A stretch of 64,000 bases of DNA, from contig JAZKSP010000001.1 in assembly GCA_036626005.1 (NCBI GenBank), positions 1,344-65,343 on the forward strand, given 5' to 3'. Every line of letters starts with the position of its first letter. The stretch's first letter is position 1. Made by a program: the position numbers and the translations under genes. The stretch is from Thermoplasmatota archaeon (GTDB lineage Archaea; Thermoplasmatota; Thermoplasmata; Halarchaeoplasmatales; Halarchaeoplasmataceae). Under the pieces are notes generated by a model. The model was not told where the DNA came from and searched no databases. It saw nothing but the letters and a program-made list of their open reading frames with translations. Positions 51,829-62,272 of this stretch are shown here, piece after piece.

Positions 51829-53790
51829 ATGGATGAAGATGTAGATGATTGTCCCTATTGTCAAAGACGTGTAGATGACCTGAGTGATCATCTGGAATTA
51901 GAACATGAAGAACTGACGCTGAAGAGTTTCATTTTTGATTCTAAAATTATAATCTTGACCGGTTTATTTCTTTTATTAGCTTTCATCTCCTCGTTAATCG
52001 AGTTACAAATAACTGTATTGGGCTTACATATTTCCCGGATACTGTTGGGGATCGGAATCCTGATTGGTGGTGCCCCTCTTGCGAAGGCTTCCTTGAAGGA
52101 ATTAATAAGTGAACACACTTTTGATGTTGATGGGCTGGTGGTCGTCGCCTCGATAGGTGCAGTAGCTATAGGTTATTGGTGGGAAGCCGCAGTTTTGATC
52201 TTTTTATTTTCGATCGCGGAAAGATTGGAGGATTATTCTGTCTTTAGGAGTAGACGAAGTTTGAAAGGATTGTTGGAACTTTCTCCAACTAAAGCAAGGG
52301 TGGTTAGAAACGATGAAACTACAAAGGCCTCTCTAGAGGAAATCTCCATCGGAGAGACCGTCGTTGTCAAACCGGGTGAAAGAGTCCCGTTAGATGGAGA
52401 AATAAAGAGTGGTTCATCTTCCCTTGATGAATCTGCGATTACTGGGGAATCTGTTCCCAAAGAAAAAGGACCTGGAGACGGAGTCTTTGCTGGCACACTC
52501 AATACAGACGGTCTAATCGAAGTGAAAGTTACCAAGGAAAGTCGGGACTCCACTTTATCCAAGATCGTAAGATTGGTGGAAGAGGCAGAAAAGAAAAAGG
52601 CAGATACAGAAAAGTTTGTCAATCGCTTCGCCAACTATTATACTCCTGTAATTCTACTGCTTGCCTTGGGCGTCTCAACCATCCCGTGGTTATTTTTCGA
52701 CCAACCCTTTACATTCTGGTTGTATCGTGGATTGATATTACTCGTTCTCTCGTGTCCGTGTGCCTTCGTGGTTTCTACACCCGTCTCTATGGTATCATCT
52801 ATGACCCAGTCGGCGAAAAAAGGGGTCTTAATCAAAGGGAGCATTTTTATAGAGAAGATCAGAGAGATAGATACCGTAGTCTTCGACAAAACCGGGACCT
52901 TAACAACTGGAGATTTTTCAGTAACAGAGATTGTCTCGTTAAGTAAATTAGATACTGAGAAGATCGCTCTGATTTCGAGTAGTTTGGAATCCAGCTCAGA
53001 ACATCCTTTAGCTCTTCCTATCATCGAGCACTCCGATTCCATAAACGGTGAGGATAATTATGAAGTAGAAGAATTTAGATCTCTGACTGGTGTTGGTATA
53101 GAAGGAATCATAAACGGTGAAAAATACAGGATCGGAAATCCAGATATTTTCGAGCTCGAAGGCGAAGCGGAAAAAGAGATATCGAGAATGACTTCTAAAG
53201 GAGAAACTGTAGTTGTACTTGGAAGAGAAGAAAAACCGCTAGGATTGATCGGACTTGAGGATACTTTAAGAGAAGAGGCTAGAGAAGTTATATCTTCATT
53301 AAAAGATTATGGTATAGAACCCATCATGTTAACTGGAGATAACGAGAGAACCGCCTCCACAGTGGCTGAGAAACTGGGGATAGATAGGTATATAGCGAGT
53401 GTTCTTCCAGATCAAAAGCTCGATGAGATAGAAAAGTTACAGGAAGACGGATTAGTTACGATGATAGGGGATGGTGTGAACGATGCACCGGCTCTAGTAA
53501 AAAGTGACGTAGGGATCGCTATGGGTGCTGCTGGCTCGGATACAGCGATGGAATCTGCAGATATGGCCTTGATGGAAGACGACCTTTCAAAATTGACCTA
53601 CTTGTTTGATATCAGTGAGAGGACGATGAAAGTTGTGAAAGAGAACATAGTCGCTTCTATAGGCGTCAAGTTAGCTCTAGCGGTTTTAACTTTCTTTGGT
53701 TTTGTGACGCTTTGGATTGCAGTAGGTGTCGGTGACGTCGGCATGGCTTTATTGGTTACCTTGAACGCGCTGCTCCTCGGAAAAAGATAA
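51829..53790 (+). CDS. Heavy-metal P1B-type ATPase (Zn/Cd/Pb, P1B-2-like)
   Basis: TGES, SCPC, DKTGT, SEHP, GDGVNDAP; Lys (VKL) and DVG in the last TMs. Confidence 0.92.
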   Translation: MDEDVDDCPYCQRRVDDLSDHLELEHEELTLKSFIFDSKIIILTGLFLLLAFISSLIELQITVLGLHISRILLGIGILIGGAPLAKASLKELISEHTFDVDGLVVVASIGAVAIGYWWEAAVLIFLFSIAERLEDYSVFRSRRSLKGLLELSPTKARVVRNDETTKASLEEISIGETVVVKPGERVPLDGEIKSGSSSLDESAITGESVPKEKGPGDGVFAGTLNTDGLIEVKVTKESRDSTLSKIVRLVEEAEKKKADTEKFVNRFANYYTPVILLLALGVSTIPWLFFDQPFTFWLYRGLILLVLSCPCAFVVSTPVSMVSSMTQSAKKGVLIKGSIFIEKIREIDTVVFDKTGTLTTGDFSVTEIVSLSKLDTEKIALISSSLESSSEHPLALPIIEHSDSINGEDNYEVEEFRSLTGVGIEGIINGEKYRIGNPDIFELEGEAEKEISRMTSKGETVVVLGREEKPLGLIGLEDTLREEAREVISSLKDYGIEPIMLTGDNERTASTVAEKLGIDRYIASVLPDQKLDEIEKLQEDGLVTMIGDGVNDAPALVKSDVGIAMGAAGSDTAMESADMALMEDDLSKLTYLFDISERTMKVVKENIVASIGVKLALAVLTFFGFVTLWIAVGVGDVGMALLVTLNALLLGKR

Positions 53791-53821
53791 AATTTTTGAA
53801 CATTAAATCGAATACCCTTCC

Positions 53822-54061
53822 ATGTGGTACCTGTATATTCTCCGATTATCCGACGGATCACTTTACACTGGGATAACAAAAGATGTAGAGAGAAGGATCG
53901 AGCAGCATGAAGAGGGGAACGGTAGCAAATATGTAAGGAGTAGACTACCCTGCAAACTCGTCCATGTGGAAGAGATGGAGAACAGGAGTGAAGCCTTGAA
54001 AAGAGAAGCAGAAATCAAGAAATGGGATAAAGAAAAAAAAGAAGATCTAGTTTCCTCCTAG
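53822..54061 (+). CDS. Standalone GIY-YIG nuclease (UPF0213-like)
   Basis: WYLYIL...SLYTGIT...RRIEQH...ALKREAEIKK. Confidence 0.9.
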   Translation: MWYLYILRLSDGSLYTGITKDVERRIEQHEEGNGSKYVRSRLPCKLVHVEEMENRSEALKREAEIKKWDKEKKEDLVSS

Positions 54062-54204
54062 AGAGTCATTTCATATGGATGAACAGTATCTGAAGTGACT
54101 AAATGCTTCCTCATTGAGAAATCAATCTATAACGTTAACCGACCCGAAATAGTTAATACTACCCGCTCCTTAGGATATCCGCAGTACAAAAGGAGGTTAC
54201 AACC

Positions 54205-54483
54205 ATGGACGATGAAAATACTATATTTGTTGGAAGTAAGGAAACGATGAGTTACGTGATGGCGTTGATGACACAGTTCAGTAGTGGAAGCGAAGAAGCG
54301 GTTATAAAAGCACGCGGAAGAGCCATAAGCAAAGCAGTCGATATAGCGGAGATAGCGAAGAACCGCTTTTTGGACGACGCTGAGATCACGGACATATTAA
54401 CTGAAACTGAGAAGTTGGAGAACGACGAAGGAGATGGAACGACCAACGTTTCATCTATAGAGATCACGGTAAGAAAAAATTGA
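54205..54483 (+). CDS. albA: DNA/RNA-binding protein Alba
   Basis: IKARGRAISKAVDIAE and NVSSIEI. Confidence 0.95.
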   Translation: MDDENTIFVGSKETMSYVMALMTQFSSGSEEAVIKARGRAISKAVDIAEIAKNRFLDDAEITDILTETEKLENDEGDGTTNVSSIEITVRKN

Positions 54484-54640
54484 GAGAGGACCAATCACGT
54501 TGAAAGGTCATCCTCTAAATGAAGGGGAATTTATAATAGCCGGATTAAAAGCTCCTCAAATCAAAGCTTTTCAGTGAGATTTTTCCGGCTTTATTTCCTG
54601 ACATTTACTGTGGAATTAGCTTTAGTGATAAACAGTTTCT

Positions 54641-56173
54641 TTAACCCTTTTCCTCAACTATTTCAATCAAGTCTTGAGCCTTTTTATTGATACGGTATTT
54701 CGGGTTCTCACTTAGATTCCTAAGGTGTTCTATAGTTGTTTCATCGTATATACCTTGCTTAACCATGACAGATAGCGTCAACAAAGATCTTTCTAATAGG
54801 TCTTCATCCTGTGATCGAAGGAGTTCGTTCAAATAGCTTATAGATTCCTCTGCAGAAACCCCCTGCTCTACCAGGTGTTTTAGGGTAGAAAGTGCTGAGA
54901 TTTTAACAAATTTGTTTGAGTCATTCAATGCATCTAAAACATTTTCAAGGATTGATTCATCGCAGCTTTTTTCTATAGTGATGAAATCTATCGCTTCAAT
55001 AGCAGTTTCCCTTACATCATCTTGATTTTCTTCGAGCAGATCAATTAAGGACTCGATAGACTCAGGATCATAAATCCCCACACTGGTGAGTTCTTTGATG
55101 GACCTAGCCGCAACTTTTTTTGTTTCTTTGGTTTCCTCTTGTAGGGTATCGTTCAAGATATTTAAGATTTCATCTTCCTTTATATCGTTCTTCGCCATTA
55201 AGGTCATAGTTTTTATCGCAAGTGTACTTATCTCTTCGTCATCAGAATCTAACAATTGATTTAGAGGGTCTAAGGAAGATTCGTCCATCAACCCTCTTTC
55301 AGCGAAATCAAGGAGATGTTTAATCATCTGTTTTTGTCGTTTTTTATCGTAATCGAGTAACATTTTACTCAAGATTTCGATAGTTCTTCTCTTGTAATAG
55401 CCATTCTCAAAAGCAGATTTGAGTGCCGAGGCGGCCGCTTTACTATTTTTTTCATCTATTTCTCTCAATAGTCTGTTCAACTTCCCGATAACTGGAGATA
55501 CGTCGATATTGTTTTCCGCTAATGTTTCTATCGTCTTTGCGGCATTTCGTTTTACCTCACCACTCGTTCTACTGAGTAAATCTCCTACTTTCTCTACCAT
55601 TTTCTCGTCAGTCATGTCCTCCTTTGCCATACTCTGTAGGGTGTGAAGTGCAACTTTTTTTGTTTCCTCATCTGAGCTATCTAAAATCCGATAAAGTTCT
55701 TCTAAACTCGAAGGTTTACAGATTCCATTTTCCGCTAGAACCTCGAGAGTTCTTACCGCGTTCCATCTAACGGATTCGTCTTCATCTATAAGATTCTCGT
55801 TCAATTTATCTATCGCTTCTATATCGTAAATATCCTTTTCAGCTAATCCTCTTAACGCTTTGGCAGCAACAGCTTTTATATCTTCGTCATCTTCATCTAA
55901 AAGAGAGATCAATGGTTTTAAAGAAGAACTCTCGTAGACATCATTTTGTGCCAACTTATAGATCCCTTCGACAGCACGTTCCCGGATGTCTTTAGACTCG
56001 TCTTTTAGTGCTTTTTCTAGAGGTTTCAGAGTTGATACATCGTAGACCCCCTTATCTATCAACTCATTTATAGATCGTACAGCCTTTTCCCTAACTTCGA
56101 GATCATCATGTAGAACATATTCATTCAGTTTAGAAATGTCCTCTTCTTCTTTTAGCTTTTCCAGATTGGGAAT
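54641..56173 (-). CDS. HEAT-repeat protein
   Basis: About 13 HEAT-like repeats (L.D.DE.VR..A...L..LA). The frame extends 37 codons upstream of the TTG at 56062 to an ATT after AGGTGG. Confidence 0.85.
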   Translation of the reverse strand: MPNLEKLKEEEDISKLNEYVLHDDLEVREKAVRSINELIDKGVYDVSTLKPLEKALKDESKDIRERAVEGIYKLAQNDVYESSSLKPLISLLDEDDEDIKAVAAKALRGLAEKDIYDIEAIDKLNENLIDEDESVRWNAVRTLEVLAENGICKPSSLEELYRILDSSDEETKKVALHTLQSMAKEDMTDEKMVEKVGDLLSRTSGEVKRNAAKTIETLAENNIDVSPVIGKLNRLLREIDEKNSKAAASALKSAFENGYYKRRTIEILSKMLLDYDKKRQKQMIKHLLDFAERGLMDESSLDPLNQLLDSDDEEISTLAIKTMTLMAKNDIKEDEILNILNDTLQEETKETKKVAARSIKELTSVGIYDPESIESLIDLLEENQDDVRETAIEAIDFITIEKSCDESILENVLDALNDSNKFVKISALSTLKHLVEQGVSAEESISYLNELLRSQDEDLLERSLLTLSVMVKQGIYDETTIEHLRNLSENPKYRINKKAQDLIEIVEEKG

Positions 56174-56325
56174 CTATACCACCTTTTATTTAGTCATGAT
56201 TTCAATATTATAAAATACTTTTGAGAGAAAATGATTTTTGGTGGAATATTTTTACCTTGGATTGACCTTCTATTCCATTTCCTCCGAAAACCTTATATCA
56301 TTTTGGATGTATCTTTTATATAAAG

Positions 56326-57429
56326 ATGGCCAACGCTCTGTTGATAATATTGGTTGTAATTATATTTGCCGTTGTTTCGTTGTCAGCTTATTTTTACTTA
56401 GAAAAGACTAAAAAAAGAAGATTGAAAAAAATAAAAACTCAAAGTGGATTATCTCCTGAAGATGAAGCTTACAATAGAGTTAAGAGGACAGAAGGCGCAA
56501 CGAGGATGATGAAACGAAAGGGGAAGGATGTTCAACAGGCTGACGAGAAGGTCAATAAAGCTGAACAGGCACTAGAAAAAGGTGATTTGTCCCAGGCTAA
56601 GGATCTAGCTGCGAAGGCGAAAGACGATCTTGCTGATGAGAAAACAGACATGGAACCTTCTAATGATGATGAAGACGTGAAGAGGGCCTATACCGTAGAT
56701 GAATTGGAGGAAGTAGAATTTAAAGAAAGCGAGGAAGCGAATCGTAAGAGAAGAGAGCTTGAAGAGCAAAAAAAGAAACTTGAAAGTCTTCCGGATAATT
56801 TTCTCGAATCAAAGTTCGAAATGAAATTGGCTCGAGACCTTTTAAACGAAACCGAACACGGCCAGAAGGCCGAAGAATTGTATGCAAAAGCGGAAAAATG
56901 CTTTGATGAGGAGGATTATACAGGGGCACTTAGATATTCTATCAAATGTAAAAAGAATATAAAAGGTAAGGAAGGAGCTGGATTGATTTCAGGACAGGAT
57001 ATCGATAAAAAAGAGGGGCCTCCGGAAAAAGTGAAGGAACGTTTTCCTGACCTTGTTGGAGGTTCAGAAAAGTCAAAAGATGCTTTTGAGAAAACTAAGA
57101 GTAAAATGCAAGCAGAAATTAGTGATGAAACCGAAGATGAAGATTACCGACCCATAGAAGAAGAGGAAAAGTCTGAAGTAGTAAAGACTTGTCCAGAATG
57201 CGGCTTTGAAGGCGGTGAGGACGATTCTTATTGCCCGAAGTGCGGGGCGGAACTGATAATAGAGAAAAGTGCCTGTCCAGAATGCGGACAGGAAGTGGAA
57301 GAGGGCGACGAATTCTGTAGGAACTGCGGAACTCTATTGGAGGAATCTACCTTTGTCTGCCCAGAGTGTAGTGTCGAAGTCGGAGAGGAAGATGAATTCT
57401 GTCCGAACTGTGGTATAGAATTTGAGTGA
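56326..57429 (+). CDS. Membrane-anchored protein with three C-terminal zinc ribbons
   Basis: N-terminal TM, helical region, three CPEC...CPxCG repeats. Confidence 0.8.
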   Translation: MANALLIILVVIIFAVVSLSAYFYLEKTKKRRLKKIKTQSGLSPEDEAYNRVKRTEGATRMMKRKGKDVQQADEKVNKAEQALEKGDLSQAKDLAAKAKDDLADEKTDMEPSNDDEDVKRAYTVDELEEVEFKESEEANRKRRELEEQKKKLESLPDNFLESKFEMKLARDLLNETEHGQKAEELYAKAEKCFDEEDYTGALRYSIKCKKNIKGKEGAGLISGQDIDKKEGPPEKVKERFPDLVGGSEKSKDAFEKTKSKMQAEISDETEDEDYRPIEEEEKSEVVKTCPECGFEGGEDDSYCPKCGAELIIEKSACPECGQEVEEGDEFCRNCGTLLEESTFVCPECSVEVGEEDEFCPNCGIEFE

Positions 57430-57442
57430 TTTAAAAAAAGAT

Positions 57443-58252
57443 TCAGTCATCTAATATATCTTCATCGATTATTTCTTCATCGATCAAATAGGTTACGATC
57501 TCGTTGATCTGTTCGGGTGAAATGTTCCCTACTCTTTTATCCCCATATGGAATACTTTCATCTTTCAAATCTAATCCGGTTTCTAGAGAATTTTTGATCT
57601 TTTTTCTCCTGTAATTAAAAAGTTCCTTCACAACTTTGGAAAAAAGCTCTTCGTTCTTCAGATCAAATTTCGGTTCGGAAGGGATTAATCTGATCACCGA
57701 AGCATCGACTTCTGGAGGAGGATAAAAACTCTTTTTGGATATATGGAATAATTTTTCAACTTCCGCGTAGACTGAAACCATCACAGACAGTCTAGAGTAC
57801 TCTTCTTCTCCCACTTGAGCGAGCATACGTTCCGCAAATTGTTTTTGGTATGTTAATACACCCCCTTTAAAATCATATTTGAGCAGTTTGAAGGTGATAG
57901 GGGAGGATATACTGAAAGGAAGATTGGATACTATTTTGTCAAAATCGGGTATTTCTAGTTCTAGAACGTCTTCTTGGATGATGTTTATATCATAGTTTGA
58001 ATATCTTCCTTCGAGATAACTCGTAAGATCCTTATCTTTTTCTATCAAAATCGTTTTTCCAGCTCTTTCAACTATAAAATCTGTCAGAACACCCAATCCC
58101 GGGCCGATCTCTAGAATTTTATCGGAAGTTCTTATATTTGCGGAATCGACTATTTTTTTTGCAATATTTCCATCTTCAAGAAAATTCTGTCCAAGACTCT
58201 TAGTGGGTCTAACCCCCAATCTTCTGAGTCTATCTTTAACGTTTTTCTCCAT
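57443..58252 (-). CDS. rsmA: 16S rRNA adenine dimethyltransferase
   Basis: KSLGQNFL, LEIGPGLG, VSNLPF, FYPPPEVDA. Confidence 0.95.
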   Translation of the reverse strand: MEKNVKDRLRRLGVRPTKSLGQNFLEDGNIAKKIVDSANIRTSDKILEIGPGLGVLTDFIVERAGKTILIEKDKDLTSYLEGRYSNYDINIIQEDVLELEIPDFDKIVSNLPFSISSPITFKLLKYDFKGGVLTYQKQFAERMLAQVGEEEYSRLSVMVSVYAEVEKLFHISKKSFYPPPEVDASVIRLIPSEPKFDLKNEELFSKVVKELFNYRRKKIKNSLETGLDLKDESIPYGDKRVGNISPEQINEIVTYLIDEEIIDEDILDD

Positions 58253-58370
58253 AGAGCGATCAACCCGATAAACTATCTTTCATAAACCCTAACTACCGAA
58301 TCGCGGATAAATGCCCCTTTTGAAGGTTATAAAAGGAGAGAGGCCGAAAGGTGATAAACTCCTGTCTCGT

Positions 58371-58619
58371 TCAATCCATCGTTATATTTTCCATCACGAC
58401 TACGTCTTTTACAGCTTTCATCCCTTCATAGGGCAAAACCAGTCGTTCTTCGGCATCGGTCTCGAACAGTTCGGTTTCTATTTCTTCAGCGGGCGTAGCC
58501 AATACATGTTTGATGTTCCCAGAATCGGTATCTATTACAAAGTTATCTATTTTACCCAGTATTTGTCCATCGTTGGTCATCACGGTTTTGCCTCGCAATT
58601 CGGTAACAAACATCCTCAT
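58371..58619 (-). CDS. PRC-barrel protein
   Basis: LRGKTVMTNDGQILGKIDNFVIDTDSG...AVKDVVV. Confidence 0.88.
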   Translation of the reverse strand: MRMFVTELRGKTVMTNDGQILGKIDNFVIDTDSGNIKHVLATPAEEIETELFETDAEERLVLPYEGMKAVKDVVVMENITMD

Positions 58620-58662
58620 ATCATTTACCTCCTTTTTCTCAAATATTTTATTCTACTTATTA

Positions 58663-60867
58663 TTACCGATATATGTCAACACCATTAAAATCTTTCTTCT
58701 TATTAACGCTTTTTTCCATATCTTCTTCCCATTCTTCGTACATCTCTCTAACTTCTTCATCAACTGAGGGTTTTACTTCCTCGACAGCCTGTTCAAAATG
58801 AACCGTTTGGACCTTCTCTGAGTCTTTCTTGATCGCTTTCAGACCCGCTTCTCGACAAACGGATTCTATATCTGCTCCGACGTAAGATTCCGTAATATTT
58901 ACTAGCTCTTCCAGATCAACGTCCTCTCCGAGTGGCATATTTCTGGTATGGATTTCGAATATTTTTTCTCTCGCCTCTCTGTCAGGTACGGGGACCGAGA
59001 GTCTATGATCGAATCTTCCAGCTCTCAGAAGGGCATTGTCTATCCTATCTGGTCGGTTAGTCGCGCCGAGCACAACTATATCGGTGCTTCTTTCTATCCC
59101 GTCTAAACTCGTCAAAAGCTGATTGACCACTCTATCGGTAGTTCCGTCGGTTCCTTTTTCCCCTCTTTTAGGAGCTAATGCATCTAATTCATCTAAAAAT
59201 ACAACAGATGGCGCCGTCTGACGGGCCTTTTTGAAGACTTCTCTGACCGCCTTTTCACTTTCGCCCACCCATTTGGAAAGTACTTCCGGACCTTTTACAG
59301 AGATGAAATTAGCGTTACTTTCATTTGCGATCGCTTTAGCCAGTAGAGTCTTTCCGGTCCCAGGCGGTCCGTAGAGTAAGATACCCTTTGGAGGTTCTAT
59401 CCCCATCTCGATAAAAGATTCTGGATCAGATATAGGTCTCTCTACTGAATCTTTTAACTTCTCTTTTATATCCTCTAGACCCCCAACGTCATTCCACGAG
59501 ACCTGAGGCACCTCGACCATTATCTCTCTTAGACTGCTAGGTTCTACCTCCCGAAGAGCTTCTTGGAAATCCTTCTCTTTGACCTCCATCTTCTCCAGCA
59601 CTTCACTAGGTATAGGTTCGCCCATCTCTATATCAGGTAAATATCTTCTCAAGGCGCGCATTGCTGCTTCTTTGACAAGTGATTCTAAATCCGCGCCTGC
59701 AAAACCATGCGTGTATTCAGACAGTCTAGTAAGCTCGACGTCCTTCGCAACCGGCATCCCCCGAGTATGTATCTGCAGTATCTCTTTTCTTCCGTTTCGA
59801 TCGGGTAGACCGATCTCTATCTCTCTATCGAATCTACCAGGTCTTCGCAGAGCGGGATCTATGGCGTCTACACGATTAGTGGCGCCGATCACTATGGTTT
59901 CCCCTCTCTGCGTCAGCCCATCTAATAGAGTCAAAAGTTGAGCGACAACTCTCCTCTCAACTTCCCCTTTGACGTCGTCCCTTTTTGGGGCGATAGAATC
60001 GAGTTCGTCTATAAATATTATAGATGGTGATTGATCTTTTGCTTCTTCAAATTTCTCTCTTAATTTTTCCTCGCTCTGCCCATAATATTTGGACATGATC
60101 TCCGGTCCCTGCACGGATAGGAAATTAGCGCCTGCTTCGTTGGCCACTGCTTTAGCGATCCAGGTCTTCCCGGTTCCAGGTGGACCATGGAGGAGTACGC
60201 CTTTAGGCGGTTCTATACTGAGCCTCTCGAAAAGTTTTGGATGCTTAAGAGGGAGCTCTATCATCTCTCTAACCCTTTTCAGTTCTTCATCTAGACCTCC
60301 AACGTCCTCGTAAGTTACTCGTGTAGTCGCCATGACTTCACTTTCACTAACTGGTTCCGCTTTCACCTTTACTTCAGTCTCATCGGATATGATCACCGGT
60401 TCTACAGGATTGGTGGAGATCACCATGAAAGGAACACTACCTCCCATCAGAGCTATCCCTGGGACTACTATCGCATCTCCTGCCAAGATCGGACGTTTAA
60501 GAAGGCGTTTTTTAACATAAGAGTCGATGCCGTCTCCAAACTTTAATCTGTTTCCTTCTTCAATCACGGGGGCTATGACGATTTTCTTTGCTTCAGTTAC
60601 CGAAATTTTACTGACTTCTACCTTATCACCCATGGAGACCTTGGCGTTCTTTCTAACCAGTCCGTCTATACGGATTATGTCTTCTCCCTCATCTTCAGAT
60701 GACAATCGAAAGACCTTAGCGACGGTTTCCTTTTCTCCCGATATCTTGATCACGTCGCCGACTTCAACACCAAGGTCCATCCTCGTTTTCGCACCTAACC
60801 GCGCTCTATTTCTACCGATGTCATCTTGAGGCGCTTCTTTGACTTTCAATACCTTTTCATCTGTCAT
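58663..60867 (-). CDS. cdc48: CDC48/VAT AAA+ ATPase
   Basis: N-domain plus two AAA modules (GPPGTGKT twice; [14 protein letters not shown]). Confidence 0.96.
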   Translation of the reverse strand: MTDEKVLKVKEAPQDDIGRNRARLGAKTRMDLGVEVGDVIKISGEKETVAKVFRLSSEDEGEDIIRIDGLVRKNAKVSMGDKVEVSKISVTEAKKIVIAPVIEEGNRLKFGDGIDSYVKKRLLKRPILAGDAIVVPGIALMGGSVPFMVISTNPVEPVIISDETEVKVKAEPVSESEVMATTRVTYEDVGGLDEELKRVREMIELPLKHPKLFERLSIEPPKGVLLHGPPGTGKTWIAKAVANEAGANFLSVQGPEIMSKYYGQSEEKLREKFEEAKDQSPSIIFIDELDSIAPKRDDVKGEVERRVVAQLLTLLDGLTQRGETIVIGATNRVDAIDPALRRPGRFDREIEIGLPDRNGRKEILQIHTRGMPVAKDVELTRLSEYTHGFAGADLESLVKEAAMRALRRYLPDIEMGEPIPSEVLEKMEVKEKDFQEALREVEPSSLREIMVEVPQVSWNDVGGLEDIKEKLKDSVERPISDPESFIEMGIEPPKGILLYGPPGTGKTLLAKAIANESNANFISVKGPEVLSKWVGESEKAVREVFKKARQTAPSVVFLDELDALAPKRGEKGTDGTTDRVVNQLLTSLDGIERSTDIVVLGATNRPDRIDNALLRAGRFDHRLSVPVPDREAREKIFEIHTRNMPLGEDVDLEELVNITESYVGADIESVCREAGLKAIKKDSEKVQTVHFEQAVEEVKPSVDEEVREMYEEWEEDMEKSVNKKKDFNGVDIYR

Positions 60868-60951
60868 AAATGACTCTTGTAGAGAAAAATCTAAGAAGCT
60901 ATAAAATACTTTGGTAAAATAAGAGCAAAGTTAGGATGTTCACTACCCTTC

Positions 60952-61653
60952 TTATCCTTGTAAAGTAACTACCATTTCGACCTTGTTTGAGTTATCGTTA
61001 ATATCATCCGCGCGGATCACAACCTTGTGCTCTCCGGATTCCAACTCGCCTAGAGATCTATCTAGGGGTCCAGATTCATAGATGTTTTCAGAAGTTTCAC
61101 TTTTATTCATGTCTACGTAATTTTCGCTTTTAAAAGCCATTTGGACACTGTCATCATCAACGGCTGCGTTGTCTGTGACCTCCGCTACGACTCTAATCTG
61201 TTCATCACCTGTTAAGTTAGTTACGTTGACCTCGTCTTGAGTTACCCAATCACCGTCTTGATCTTGAATTTCAAGCCTTACATCGTCCACCTGAGGACCA
61301 GCAAAATCGCCAAAAGGTGGATTCATCAGGATTATCCAAACGGCTAAAAGCGTCAAAAAGTAAACTGCTCCGTTCTTTACCCATCCTTTCTTGTCTATCT
61401 TATCGATGTCGATATTCAAAATATCATATATTGGTTTTAAAAACACCAGTCCGAGCATCCCAATAAGAAGACTGATTAACGCATTCATGGTCAAATTGAA
61501 GACGGACATACTTACCAACGCGAAAATAGGAGCTATAGCCACAGCTATCAGAGTAGATTTCCCTTTGTTTATCTCTTTCTTCATGTATTCGACACGATCA
61601 AATTCTAGATCGATATCGAGATCGTCGTCATCTTCGTTCCATCTCTTAGCCAT
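60952..61653 (-). CDS. Hypothetical membrane protein with C-terminal Ig-like domain
   Basis: Three TMs ending WIILMNPPFGD, followed by an acidic beta-rich domain. Confidence 0.7.
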   Translation of the reverse strand: MAKRWNEDDDDLDIDLEFDRVEYMKKEINKGKSTLIAVAIAPIFALVSMSVFNLTMNALISLLIGMLGLVFLKPIYDILNIDIDKIDKKGWVKNGAVYFLTLLAVWIILMNPPFGDFAGPQVDDVRLEIQDQDGDWVTQDEVNVTNLTGDEQIRVVAEVTDNAAVDDDSVQMAFKSENYVDMNKSETSENIYESGPLDRSLGELESGEHKVVIRADDINDNSNKVEMVVTLQG

Positions 61654-61709
61654 GTGCTCGGGATTATTGAAAGGGCTATCTTAAAAACCTTTTGTATAGA
61701 AAAGACGAC

Positions 61710-62258
61710 TTATTTGGATTCATTTGATTTAATATCATCCAAAACCTCTGCAGCTTTTTTCTGAAAATCCGATAGAGTTCCTTCGTTAACTATCATCTGG
61801 TCGGCCCTAGCTATTACATTTCCCATACCCCAATCAAGCTCCCTCCTGTCCCTTTCGTGGAATTCTGTACGTGTCTGGGGTGCGTCTTCTCTTCCTCTCT
61901 CTTTTAGTCTTTCAAATCTTGTCTTTGGAGAGGAATGAATTGCTACTATAGGAGCATTTTTTTCAAGTTCCGACTTAAATATGTTCACTTCTTCCGCACT
62001 TCTTATCCCGTCTATGACTGTTTCTTCACCTGAAACTTTAGACAATGTTCGATCTGCCCAGATCCCCTCATGATGTTCTTCCCTTTCTTTATTAGCGAAT
62101 TCTCCTATACTGATCTCTTGCTTAGAGAGATCTGCCATTTCAGCTTGCTCTCTAACAATGTCTCCCATCCTCACAATGTCGAAACCTTTCTTTTTAGCTA
62201 TCTTCAAAAATTCTTCTTTTCCAGCTCCTGGCATACCCGCTAATAATATGACCACCAT
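61710..62258 (-). CDS. P-loop nucleotide kinase (dephospho-CoA kinase-like, UPF0200)
   Basis: AGMPGAGKE, MGDIVR, IDGIRS, RGREDAP, RDRREL. Confidence 0.85.
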   Translation of the reverse strand: MVVILLAGMPGAGKEEFLKIAKKKGFDIVRMGDIVREQAEMADLSKQEISIGEFANKEREEHHEGIWADRTLSKVSGEETVIDGIRSAEEVNIFKSELEKNAPIVAIHSSPKTRFERLKERGREDAPQTRTEFHERDRRELDWGMGNVIARADQMIVNEGTLSDFQKKAAEVLDDIKSNESK

Positions 62259-62272
62259 GATATTATCCTCCG

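Noticed and set aside
53822..54061. GIY-YIG as a homing endonuclease or mobile element
   Set aside because: 79-aa standalone housekeeping-type protein with no intron, intein or flanking repeats.
50503..54061. Integrated island at tRNA-Cys
   Set aside because: No integrase and no duplicated tRNA 3' end (att site) found.
54062..54120. Possible C/D box sRNA (GGATGA...CTGA...GTGACTA...TTGA)
   Set aside because: Boxes are degenerate and the first guide is only about 7 nt.
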